Below are positions 45,721-53,903 of a stretch of DNA of 64,000 bases, one piece after another (position 1 is the first letter of the stretch; each line of letters begins with the position of its first letter). This DNA comes from Propionibacteriales bacterium (GTDB lineage: Bacteria > Actinomycetota > Actinomycetes > Propionibacteriales > Nocardioidaceae). The translations under genes were made by a program, and so were the position numbers. Location: assembly GCA_038198775.1 (NCBI GenBank), contig JBBPZV010000043.1, positions 54,405 through 118,404 of the forward strand, read 5' to 3'. The notes below the pieces were generated by a model. That model ran no database searches and was not told the origin of the DNA. It saw nothing but the letters and a program-made list of their open reading frames with translations.

Positions 45721-46155
45721 TCAGCTCGGCGCCATCCCGTAGACCCGTTCCACGTGCAGCCGCAGCACCAGCCGCTTGTCGCGCACCATCGCGGCGCGGT
45801 AGTCGTCCCAGTCGGGGTGCTCGCCCTGCACGGCGCGGAACAGCTCGACGAGCTCGTCGACCGCGGGGTCGTCCGGCGCCTGGGCCACCGCGCTCAGCTC
45901 GGCGGTCGCGTCGGCCACGACGTAGGACCACCCACCCGAGCCACTGACGTGGAAGGCCGCGCGCGGGTCGCGCCGCAGGTTGCGCGTCTTTGCCCGATCG
46001 TCGGTGATCGACACCGAGACGACCTCCGCATCCTCGTCGTAGGAGTAGCTGATGTTGGACAGCTGCGGCCTGCCGTCGCGGCGGATCGTCGCCAGCGTCC
46101 CGAGGTGGTGCGAGGCGAGCAGCGAGACCAAGGTCGGGTCCATCGAATCCGTCAT
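45721..46155 (-). CDS. Pyridoxamine 5'-phosphate oxidase family (PPOX class, likely F420-dependent) protein
   Basis: LGTLATIRRDGRPQLSNISY...K.RNLRRDPRAAFHV pattern. Confidence 0.65.
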   Translation of the reverse strand: MTDSMDPTLVSLLASHHLGTLATIRRDGRPQLSNISYSYDEDAEVVSVSITDDRAKTRNLRRDPRAAFHVSGSGGWSYVVADATAELSAVAQAPDDPAVDELVELFRAVQGEHPDWDDYRAAMVRDKRLVLRLHVERVYGMAPS

Positions 46156-46172
46156 GGGTGCATCATGGACCC

Positions 46173-46577
46173 ATGCCAGGTCGGGACGAGATGCCGTCGA
46201 CGCTCGAGCGCTCACCCGAGCATGCCCAGGATGTCTGGGCCGCCACCCACGACTCGGCCGCGGAGACGTACGGCGAGGGTGCCCGGGCCCACCAGACCGC
46301 GTTCGCGGCGGTGAAGCACCAGTTCGAGAAGGTCGGTGACCACTGGGAGCCGAAGCAGGCTCCGGGCCCGTCCGACCCGCAGGCGGAACGGACCGTCAGC
46401 GACCCGGGCGGACCCCGAGAGACCGCCGGCGGTGTCGACGCCAACGCCTCCAAGCGGCACCTGTACGAGCTCGCTCAGCGGTTGGGCGTACGCGGGCGCT
46501 CCCGGATGACCAAGGCGGAGCTGATCGAGGCGCTGCAGCGGGCCAACGAGCGGGAGACCCGTCGGGCGCGCGAGTAG
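46173..46577 (+). CDS. ChaB family protein with a C-terminal Rho_N-like helix
   Basis: MPGRDEMPSTLERSPEHAQDVWAATHDSAAETYGEGARAHQTAFAAVKHQFEKVGDHW, then RSRMTKAELIEALQRA. Confidence 0.7.
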   Translation: MPGRDEMPSTLERSPEHAQDVWAATHDSAAETYGEGARAHQTAFAAVKHQFEKVGDHWEPKQAPGPSDPQAERTVSDPGGPRETAGGVDANASKRHLYELAQRLGVRGRSRMTKAELIEALQRANERETRRARE

Positions 46578-46675
46578 GCATTCTTCGGGCTGCACCGGGT
46601 ACTGGGCCGCAATCATCGCCGGGGAGGGCGGGCCGAAAGGCGGCGCCGTCCGCCGCGCTGAATCGCGCCGCTTTG

Positions 46676-47353
46676 TCAGCCGCTGGTCAGGGCGAGGTCG
46701 GTCATCTTGCCGGAGAAGAAGTCGTCGCCACCGCTCGGCGTCTTCGCGCCGATCACCAAGGCGGCAGAGTTGGAGATCGATCCGAGCCGGGTCACCCGCT
46801 TGGTCCGGACGGCGCCCGACCCGCTGTTCAGCGTCACGCCGGTCGACGTCTTGGTGCAGGTGAGGGTGTGCGCTTTGCCGTCGTCGAGGCTCGTCGTTCC
46901 GCGGATGGACGCGACCACCTTGTTGGAGTCCTTGACCAGGCACAAGGCCCGGGCCTGGCCGTTGACGTTGATGATCTCGAGCTTGTACTCGCCACCATTG
47001 GTCCCGGAAAGTCCCTTCCGGACCAGGTCGTAGTCCTTGCCGCCGGCCGGGGTATCGGTGATGACCGTCACCGTCATCGTGAAGTCCGCCGAGCCCGGGT
47101 CGAGGGACGCATCATCCGGCGCCACGACCCACGAGTTGTTGCCGTTGAACTCGTACCCCTCCCCAGTGCCCTTGATGTTGTGGTTCGTGCCGGTGTTGCC
47201 GTTCCCGGAGGAATCGGCAGCGGTCTTCGGGGTGCCGGATTCGTCGAATTTCCAGTGCGCGCCGAAGCCCGCGGCGCCGGCGGCCGTGGAGGTGAGGACG
47301 ACGGTGGCCAGGCCGGCGGTCAGTGACCCAAATGCGGCGGATGAGAGTTTCAC
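46676..47353 (-). CDS. Secreted LamG / concanavalin-A-like lectin domain protein
   Basis: Signal peptide MKLSSAAFGSLTAGLATVVLTSTAAGAA. HWKFDESG...SSGNGNTGT...FNGNNSWVV...DFTMTV...GKMTDL is a Laminin_G_3 pattern. Confidence 0.65.
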   Translation of the reverse strand: MKLSSAAFGSLTAGLATVVLTSTAAGAAGFGAHWKFDESGTPKTAADSSGNGNTGTNHNIKGTGEGYEFNGNNSWVVAPDDASLDPGSADFTMTVTVITDTPAGGKDYDLVRKGLSGTNGGEYKLEIINVNGQARALCLVKDSNKVVASIRGTTSLDDGKAHTLTCTKTSTGVTLNSGSGAVRTKRVTRLGSISNSAALVIGAKTPSGGDDFFSGKMTDLALTSG

Positions 47354-47453
47354 GGCGAGCTCCCGAGCTGACGTGGTTGTGTTTCCCCTGGTTCGGTCCC
47401 GGCAACAGTACCGTGCGAGCCATTGCCCGGTCTACCCCGCAAACAATGCAAAG

Positions 47454-47492
47454 GCCGCCGCGTCCCCCCGGGGGGGGGATAACGCGGCGGCC
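47454..47492 (-). terminator. GC-rich hairpin, probable intrinsic terminator downstream of the Ca-binding-repeat gene
   Basis: GGCCGCCGCGT / ACGCGGCGGCC 11-bp stem enclosing C6/G8 tracts. On the minus strand it is followed by TTTGCATTGTTTG. Confidence 0.5.
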
Positions 47493-47529
47493 CATTTCCG
47501 TCAGCCGGTCGTGACCGACCGATCGGTTA

Positions 47530-48397
47530 TCACAGCTCGCAGGTGGTCGCCGTGTCGCCTGGGTCGATCTCGCAGACGTCGGTTCCCCCCACCGGTGAGG
47601 ACGTCGTTCGGCGCGCCATCGAGGCCATGGAGCTGGTCGTCGCCGAACCCGCCGTACATGTGGTCGGCGCCCGGTCCGCCGTAGATGACGTCGTCGTAGG
47701 CGCTGCCGTAGACGTAGTCGTCGCCCCGACCGCCCCACAAGTGGTCGGCCATGGCGCCGCCGGCAACGATGCCGATGCCACCGGCCACCCGATCGAGACC
47801 GCTGCCGCCGGAGACCCGATCGGCACCCTTGCCACCGTTGCTGCCGTCGTTGCCGCCTCCGCCGCGGATGACGTCGATCTTGGGACCACCCCGGAGCTTG
47901 TCGTTCCCGTTGTCGCAGTTGATGAGGCCCTTGCCGAGGCCGCCCTTGATGGGGTCGTCCCCGTCGCGCCCGCAGATGATGTCGCGGCCCCGACCACCGG
48001 TGATGGTGTCGTTGCCACCGAGCCGGCTGATCACGTCTCGCCGCTTGGTGCCGGCGAGGACGTCGTCGCCCGACGTGCCCTGGATCGTGACCGCGTGGGT
48101 CGTCGACGAGAGTACGGGACGCTGGTGCACGGTTGTCCGGAGACGCACAAATTCGCCGCTGGTGGCAGCGGTCAATCGCCAACCGACACCCCGGCGCGCC
48201 GTGGCCCCAAACGGCCCGTCACCGCCTTCCCCCCGTCTACCGTTGATGTGTGCTGACCGGCCTGCTCGTAGCGGGTATCTGGATATGCGTCGCCGGCGCG
48301 ATACTGCTGAGCTGGGTGCTGATCCGCTGCATGCCCTCCGACTACCGCCGAGACTCCGCCGAACCGCCGGATGTTGTAGATCCGCGGGGCACGTCAT
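47530..48397 (-). pseudogene. Hemolysin-type Ca-binding-repeat protein, frameshifted at a homopolymer near 47585-47590. The N-terminus is unclear.
   Basis: GGNDTITGGRGRDIICG...GGxGxD repeats. The expected C-terminus GGTDVCEIDPGDTATTCEL (compare paralog GAGTDLCSADPGDTLKNCP) lies in a different frame, ending at 47530. No signal peptide is found upstream. Confidence 0.55.
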
Positions 48398-48454
48398 GGC
48401 CGGCGAGGGCCACGCCGGGGACCGGCAACTACCCTGCCGCGGGACGGCGCGCGA

Positions 48455-48674
48455 TCACGGCGCGGCGAGACCGTTAACACCGGATATACCACAATGAGTA
48501 GCCGTTAATATGCAGTCAGTAGTAGACCACTGCTGACTGCATGTAATTGATCCGCAACGATCCGTAATACCTCGCGGAACGGTAGTCGAACCGTCGCAGA
48601 GTCGGTATATATTCATCCCCTGGCGCCGCGGATTTACCTGCCGGCACCGCTGTGCCTGCTCGGGAGGAAAAGAA
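48455..48674. promoter_or_regulatory. AT-rich island upstream of the priming glycosyltransferase, containing a 10-bp perfect inverted repeat (48510..48519 / 48533..48542)
   Basis: Composition visibly drops in gttaacaccggatataccacaatgagtagccgttaatatgcagtcag.... The repeat is ATGCAGTCAG-N13-CTGACTGCAT. Confidence 0.5.
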
Positions 48675-50123
48675 ATGTCGGTAAGCAATATTACTCAGCG
48701 CGATCAATTGGTCACGGCCGCTCCTAAGGTGCGGCACGGCTCAACCATAGCTGCCAGCGACCGCCCGTGGCAGCGACCGGGCCGGCGCATTGGGCGTCTC
48801 GGCATCGACGTCGTTCCGCTCGTCCTCTTCATCGACATCGCGGCGCTCCTCACCGCCGGCACGATCATCCCGTTGGGAAGGACCGCCGCGGGAGGACTCG
48901 CGTTGTGCGTCCTCGCGCTCAACGCCGGCGGCGGCCACTACCGTGCCCGGATAGCCCCCTCCCTCCTCGATGAGCTGCCCGGGCTCGCCGCCCGGGCCTT
49001 GATTGGCGGGGCGTTGCTGTTGGCGTTCCGGCTCGTCGTTTGGGGCCAGGAAGTGCACAACCTGCCGGTGCTCGCGGCGTTGCTGTTCATCCCCCTGGCC
49101 GCATTGGGCCGGGCCGTCGGGTACGCGGTTATCCGGCGCAACCGCGTCAGTGGTCGGCTGAGCGAGCCCACGCTCATCGTCGGCTGCGGTCACATCGGCA
49201 TGCAGCTCGCGACTGCGCTTCGGGAGCACCCGGAGTACGGCCTTAACCCGATCGGGTTCGTCGACGACGAACCGTTGATCCCGATCGAGGACCGGCATGT
49301 CCCGCTGGTCGGCCCGACATCGGAGCTGACGAACCTTCTCGTCGACCACCGGGTCCGCAACGTGATCTTCGCGTTCACGAACAGCCGCGAGTCGGTCCTG
49401 GTGGACCTGGTCCGGGCGTGTGACCGCATGGCCTGCGAGGTCTTCTTCGTGCCGCGGCTCTTCGAGCTTTGCGCGACCGGGCGGGACACCGAGCTCATCT
49501 GGGGCCTCCCGATGACCCGGCTCCGGCGGGCGTCCTACCGGACCATCAGCTGGCACGCGAAGCGGGTCTTCGACACCGTCGCTGCCACCGCGGGACTTCT
49601 GTTGGCGAGCCCGATAATGCTCGCCTGCGCCGTGGCTGTTCGGATGGAGGGTGGTCCCCACGTCATCTTCCGACAGGAGCGGGTCGGCCTCGACGGCCGC
49701 AGCTTCGAGATCTTCAAGTTCCGCTCTCTCCAGCCCTCCAGCGCGGACGAGTCGGCGCAGCGCTGGAACATCAGCCACGACGAGCGGCTGGGCCCGGTCG
49801 GGAGGCTCATGCGGCGCCTCTCGCTCGACGAGCTCCCGCAGCTGTGGAACGTTGTCCGCGGAGACATGAGCCTGGTGGGCCCACGCCCGGAGCGCCCGCT
49901 GTTCGTCGACCAGTTCCGCCAGCAGTTCCCCCGCTACATGGCTCGGCACCGGGTGCCGGCGGGCCTGACGGGTTGGGCCCAGGTAAACGGTCTGCGCGGC
50001 GACACAGACATCGCCGATCGCGCCAGCTTCGACAACTACTACATCGAGAACTGGTCGCTGTGGGCGGACATCAAGATCCTTGTCCGCACTGCCGGCCAGG
50101 TATTCGGCGGCCGCGGCGGCTGA
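48675..50123 (+). CDS. Exopolysaccharide polyprenyl glycosylphosphotransferase (bacterial sugar transferase, WbaP/EpsB-like initiating enzyme)
   Basis: KRVFDTVAATAGLLLASPIML...IFRQERVGLDGRSFEIFKFRS...LDELPQLWNVVRGDMSLVGPRPERP...GLTGWAQVNG. Confidence 0.88.
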   Translation: MSVSNITQRDQLVTAAPKVRHGSTIAASDRPWQRPGRRIGRLGIDVVPLVLFIDIAALLTAGTIIPLGRTAAGGLALCVLALNAGGGHYRARIAPSLLDELPGLAARALIGGALLLAFRLVVWGQEVHNLPVLAALLFIPLAALGRAVGYAVIRRNRVSGRLSEPTLIVGCGHIGMQLATALREHPEYGLNPIGFVDDEPLIPIEDRHVPLVGPTSELTNLLVDHRVRNVIFAFTNSRESVLVDLVRACDRMACEVFFVPRLFELCATGRDTELIWGLPMTRLRRASYRTISWHAKRVFDTVAATAGLLLASPIMLACAVAVRMEGGPHVIFRQERVGLDGRSFEIFKFRSLQPSSADESAQRWNISHDERLGPVGRLMRRLSLDELPQLWNVVRGDMSLVGPRPERPLFVDQFRQQFPRYMARHRVPAGLTGWAQVNGLRGDTDIADRASFDNYYIENWSLWADIKILVRTAGQVFGGRGG

Positions 50124-50130
50124 ACCCGGG

Positions 50131-51375
50131 TCACCGCTGGGCGATGTGGGCGAACGCCTGAGCAGCGACCACAGCCGCAGGTTGGGTGGCATCGAGGCGG
50201 TGCACCGGGCGCAACCGCGGGAGTGACCGCTCGTAGGCTGCGATCTGGCTGGCGATCGCCGCGCCACCGATGAGGTCGTCGGGCTTGCGGGCGGTGGCCT
50301 CGGCGGCGGAGATCTCGAGGTAGAAGGCGGCATCGGCGGCCGGCAGCAGCCTGGTGACCATCCATCGTTGCAGCCGCAAGCCGCTGCCGGCGTACGCGAA
50401 GTCCAGCGTGGCGAGCGCGTCGGCTACGTGGCGGTCGAACAGCACCACCCCCCGGCTCTGCGCGTACTGGCGCCGTACGCCAGCGACGAAACTGAGCGTA
50501 ACCAGCGCCGACCATGCCCAGCCCAGCGCCCCGCTTCGGGATCGCAGCTGCGCGTCTGGCTGGGCCGCGATGACCCCGACTCCCGGCCGCGGGTCGAGCC
50601 GCAACAGGCGCTTCACCCGCTCCGCCAGCGCGGCGAGCCAGCCCAGCCCCATGCCGGGGCGCAGCCACACCCGGCTGACCGGCACGCCGGCGTTCGCGAG
50701 ATCTCTGGCGAGGTTGTCCAGCAGCGTGGTCTTGCCCGCACCGTCGACCCCGCTACAGGCGATCACCAGCCGGGAGCGCCGGTGGGGAGCCCTCGCCCCG
50801 AGCGGCACGGGGGCCGGTCGTCGGCGTCCGGTCGTCCACCGGACGAGGTCGCGGCCGCCCAGTGCGGCTTCGGCGTCTGCGGCGGCCTGCACCACCGGCG
50901 ACGCCGCCGGCGGCCGGGCACCTTGTCGTACCAGGACCCGCAGCTCGAGCACCTCGCGCAGCCGGACCTCGCCGCGATTGTTCGCCCGGTCGAGCACGTC
51001 ACGAACGGGGTCTGGCGATGCCCCGACACCGATGCGCACGCCGGCGAGGACGCGCCCCGAAGACGTCACGGCCCAGTGCCGCCAGCGGGGCTGCCCGAGC
51101 GCTGCCATCAGGCCGGTGAGGTCGAGCCAGCCCAGCCCAGTGAGGGCTCGTGGGTCCGGCTCGGCGGAGACAGGGGCGGCGAAGACGTCGGTCCAGCCCG
51201 TTCCCAAGGGTGAGACACGCAGACCCTCGCTGCCCAGCAGGTCCCCGAGCGCCGCGCGGATCAGGTCCAGCGCCGCCTCCCGGTCAGAGATCTCCACGGC
51301 GCTCGGGACGGCGTTGCGAGCGAGGTGGTCCTGGGCCGTCGCCGCCACCAGCTCCTCATCGTCGGTGGCGCTCAT
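50131..51375 (-). CDS. Two-domain protein. The N-terminal ~200 aa are unknown, and the C-terminal part is a dTMP-kinase-like P-loop domain.
   Basis: LVIACSGVDGAGKTTLLDNLARDL (G-x-D-G-x-GKTT P-loop as in thymidylate kinase family). ATGA overlap with the upstream ATP-grasp gene. Confidence 0.5.
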   Translation of the reverse strand: MSATDDEELVAATAQDHLARNAVPSAVEISDREAALDLIRAALGDLLGSEGLRVSPLGTGWTDVFAAPVSAEPDPRALTGLGWLDLTGLMAALGQPRWRHWAVTSSGRVLAGVRIGVGASPDPVRDVLDRANNRGEVRLREVLELRVLVRQGARPPAASPVVQAAADAEAALGGRDLVRWTTGRRRPAPVPLGARAPHRRSRLVIACSGVDGAGKTTLLDNLARDLANAGVPVSRVWLRPGMGLGWLAALAERVKRLLRLDPRPGVGVIAAQPDAQLRSRSGALGWAWSALVTLSFVAGVRRQYAQSRGVVLFDRHVADALATLDFAYAGSGLRLQRWMVTRLLPAADAAFYLEISAAEATARKPDDLIGGAAIASQIAAYERSLPRLRPVHRLDATQPAAVVAAQAFAHIAQR

Positions 51376-52454
51376 CCGGCTCCCCGGCGCAGGGCGTAGG
51401 ACAACCGGAGGATGCCGGGGACGGGGTCGGTGAGGCTCTCGATGCTGTGCGCGGTGCCGGGTCGCGGGAGCAGCTGGCGCAGGACCTCACGGGTCCCTAC
51501 CTGACGGTTGCGGCGCTGGTCCATCAGATTGCGCAGGTCCCCCTCCAGCCACCGGTATCGCACGCCCACCCGGGCTCGCACGATCGCCCCGACCCACCCC
51601 CGTGCGGCGTCGGCGGCGATCGCCGGCAGGTTGGCTCCTGCGGCCACCGCCAGGGACAGGGAGCCGTAGACCCGCGGGTTGACGTCGACGAGGTAGGGGC
51701 CGACGAACTGGGCCTGGAAGATGCCGTCGTGCCCGGACAGGAGCGCGCGCAGCGGCTCCTCGAGGGCGAGGTCGGGTTCCACGGTCATCGCGACCGCCCC
51801 CACCCCGGCCTGCGGCGGCCAGAGCCGTTCATAGCGCTGGTGGGCGAGCGCCAGGAACGCGCCCCCCCACGTCACCCCCGCGACGGCCCGCAGCGGCTGC
51901 GCAACGAAGGGCTGCACGATCACCGAGCCGGCATCCGGGAGCTCCCCCACCTGCTCGGGGAGGTCGACGCGCAGTGCCTGGACGTCGCCCTGCCCGCTCT
52001 TGACGGCGGACTTGACCAGGAGCGGGTACGCCTGCTGGTCGGCTTTCGCGCGCAGGTCGGCGACCGAGTCGAAGACGCGACCGGGCAGGGTGACCAGCCC
52101 GGCCGCCTGTGCGCGCTCGGCCAGCACCCCCTTGTGCGCCAGGTCCCCGCCAGGGCCACCGACGGCGAGCAGCGCCACGTCGCTGGCCGGCAGCACGGTC
52201 AGGTATCTCCCGCCCTGCAGCTCGCGATGCAGGGCGGCGGCGTACCCCGGCCCCCCGGCGGCGGGAAGCCGGATCCGACCCGTGCAGAAGCGCGAGGCAG
52301 CAGCGACCGAGTAGCGCCCGCACGTGCTGACCACCGGCCGGAAGCCCGCCTGAGCGAGCGCGCGTACCGCGGAGACCGCCGAGCGGTTCTGACCGTTGAC
52401 GTCGTCGGTGACGAGGACCTGCGGACCGACCTCGGTTCTGGGAAGCGACCTCAT
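51372..52454 (-). CDS. ATP-grasp domain protein
   Basis: VLVTDD...RSAVSAVRALAQAGF ... YPLLVKSAVKSG ... VIVQPFV ... FQAQFVGPYLVDVNPRVYGS fits the pre-ATP-grasp plus ATP-grasp layout. Confidence 0.5.
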   Translation of the reverse strand: MRSLPRTEVGPQVLVTDDVNGQNRSAVSAVRALAQAGFRPVVSTCGRYSVAAASRFCTGRIRLPAAGGPGYAAALHRELQGGRYLTVLPASDVALLAVGGPGGDLAHKGVLAERAQAAGLVTLPGRVFDSVADLRAKADQQAYPLLVKSAVKSGQGDVQALRVDLPEQVGELPDAGSVIVQPFVAQPLRAVAGVTWGGAFLALAHQRYERLWPPQAGVGAVAMTVEPDLALEEPLRALLSGHDGIFQAQFVGPYLVDVNPRVYGSLSLAVAAGANLPAIAADAARGWVGAIVRARVGVRYRWLEGDLRNLMDQRRNRQVGTREVLRQLLPRPGTAHSIESLTDPVPGILRLSYALRRGAG

Positions 52455-53681
52455 CTAGACCTGGGAGGTCCGCAGCGAGTCGAGGGCGGCGGAGCTGACC
52501 GCGCGTCCGAGCTCGTGGATGTCGCACGGGTACGGGTGGAGCACCTTGGATCCGGGCCGGGCGTTCAGCATCGAGCCGAGCAGCTCGCGCTCGACCGCTT
52601 CGGCGGCGGAGATGACGGCGCTGGTTCGGTCGGGAAACGCGAAGCAGAACTGGTGGTAGTGGGAGAGAAATGCGGTGCGCTCCTCGACCAGCGATCCCGC
52701 CATCCGCCCCGCGATCTCCGCCGTCTCGACGTCTCGAGCCACGATCTGCGGGCTGTCGTGGTTGACGACCAGCACGATGGCGTCACAGTGGCCGCGCAGG
52801 TCCATGGCGGCTGGCCCGAAGAGCTCTGCGGGGGGCACCTGCAGGTAGGCCTGGCGGGCGACCAGCGGGGCGCCCCGGCGCACCAGGCCCGCCCCTGGCC
52901 ACGTGGTGGCGGCCGCCTTGTCCACCGTGGCGGCAGCGACCTGCCACGCCGACAGCACCATCCGGTCCCGGCGCGGCCGCGCCGCCAGCAACGACGACAT
53001 CTGCCGCAGGTGCCACGCCCACAGCCGGATGGGTTCGGGCAGACCCACCATGTAGCCGTCCGAGGCCAGATAGATCCACTCGTCTCCGACGTAATGCGCT
53101 CCGGCGGTCATGTTTCCCAACAGGCTCTCGGTCTTGCCGCCCTTGGCCCAGCCCACCACCAGTACGCCGGTGCCCTCAGCCGTAGTGAAGGCGGACGCGT
53201 GCAGCGGCAGCACCCCCTTGCTGAGCGCGGTCTGGTTGATCACGGCCAGCAGGTGCGGCACGGCGGGCAGGCGCCGCTCGCACACGAGCTCGGGGCGCCG
53301 ACCGATGCGGTCGAACGGGATCTTGGCCTTCCCCGGGGCGCCGCCCTTGCCGCGCAGGACGAAGAAGCCGTCCGCGTTGAAGCCCCCGTCCCCCAGGCCG
53401 GCGTACGTCAGCGGCGCTTCGGTCGCCGAGTCCACGAACCGAACGGTGATGTCCGGGTCACGTTCCAGCGTGCCCCGCAGCGGCCCGAGCTGCCGCTCGA
53501 CCTTGGCCGCATCTTCTGGTGACGCGTCCAGCAGCCGCACCCCGACCAGGCCGTGCAGGTCGAAGTCGTACGACGCCCCCGGCGTATTAGCCGCGGCAGG
53601 TCGCGAGGCCGGCTCGGTCACTGCCTTCTCCCATCGAGACGGGCTCGCCACGGTGGGCGATGGACGGTCGGCAGCACACAT
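52455..53681 (-). CDS. HPr-kinase-like (HprK-related) P-loop protein
   Basis: LPLHASAFTTAEGTGVLVVGWAKGGKTESLL resembles the HprK C-terminal catalytic core (LHG..V.G.GVLI.G.SG.GKSE). Its stop directly abuts the ATP-grasp ATG. Confidence 0.5.
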   Translation of the reverse strand: MCAADRPSPTVASPSRWEKAVTEPASRPAAANTPGASYDFDLHGLVGVRLLDASPEDAAKVERQLGPLRGTLERDPDITVRFVDSATEAPLTYAGLGDGGFNADGFFVLRGKGGAPGKAKIPFDRIGRRPELVCERRLPAVPHLLAVINQTALSKGVLPLHASAFTTAEGTGVLVVGWAKGGKTESLLGNMTAGAHYVGDEWIYLASDGYMVGLPEPIRLWAWHLRQMSSLLAARPRRDRMVLSAWQVAAATVDKAAATTWPGAGLVRRGAPLVARQAYLQVPPAELFGPAAMDLRGHCDAIVLVVNHDSPQIVARDVETAEIAGRMAGSLVEERTAFLSHYHQFCFAFPDRTSAVISAAEAVERELLGSMLNARPGSKVLHPYPCDIHELGRAVSSAALDSLRTSQV

Positions 53682-53903
53682 TAGCCGCTGCGGTTCGGGA
53701 TCGGCCGGGGAATGCGCCGGTCTTGCCTTCGGCGCGGCGGCTGGCCGGGTAGCCTGCTCGCGCCGAGAGTCTTGGGGACGAAGGGTGTGCGCCAGCCGAT
53801 GTCAGGACGTGGGGGGTTTCCCGCGCCGCCCGGCGCAGGCCCGTCCGGCGACGCCGGTATGAGCGGGGACGCCGTACCCGGCCAGCCGCAGGACAGCACC
53901 GTG

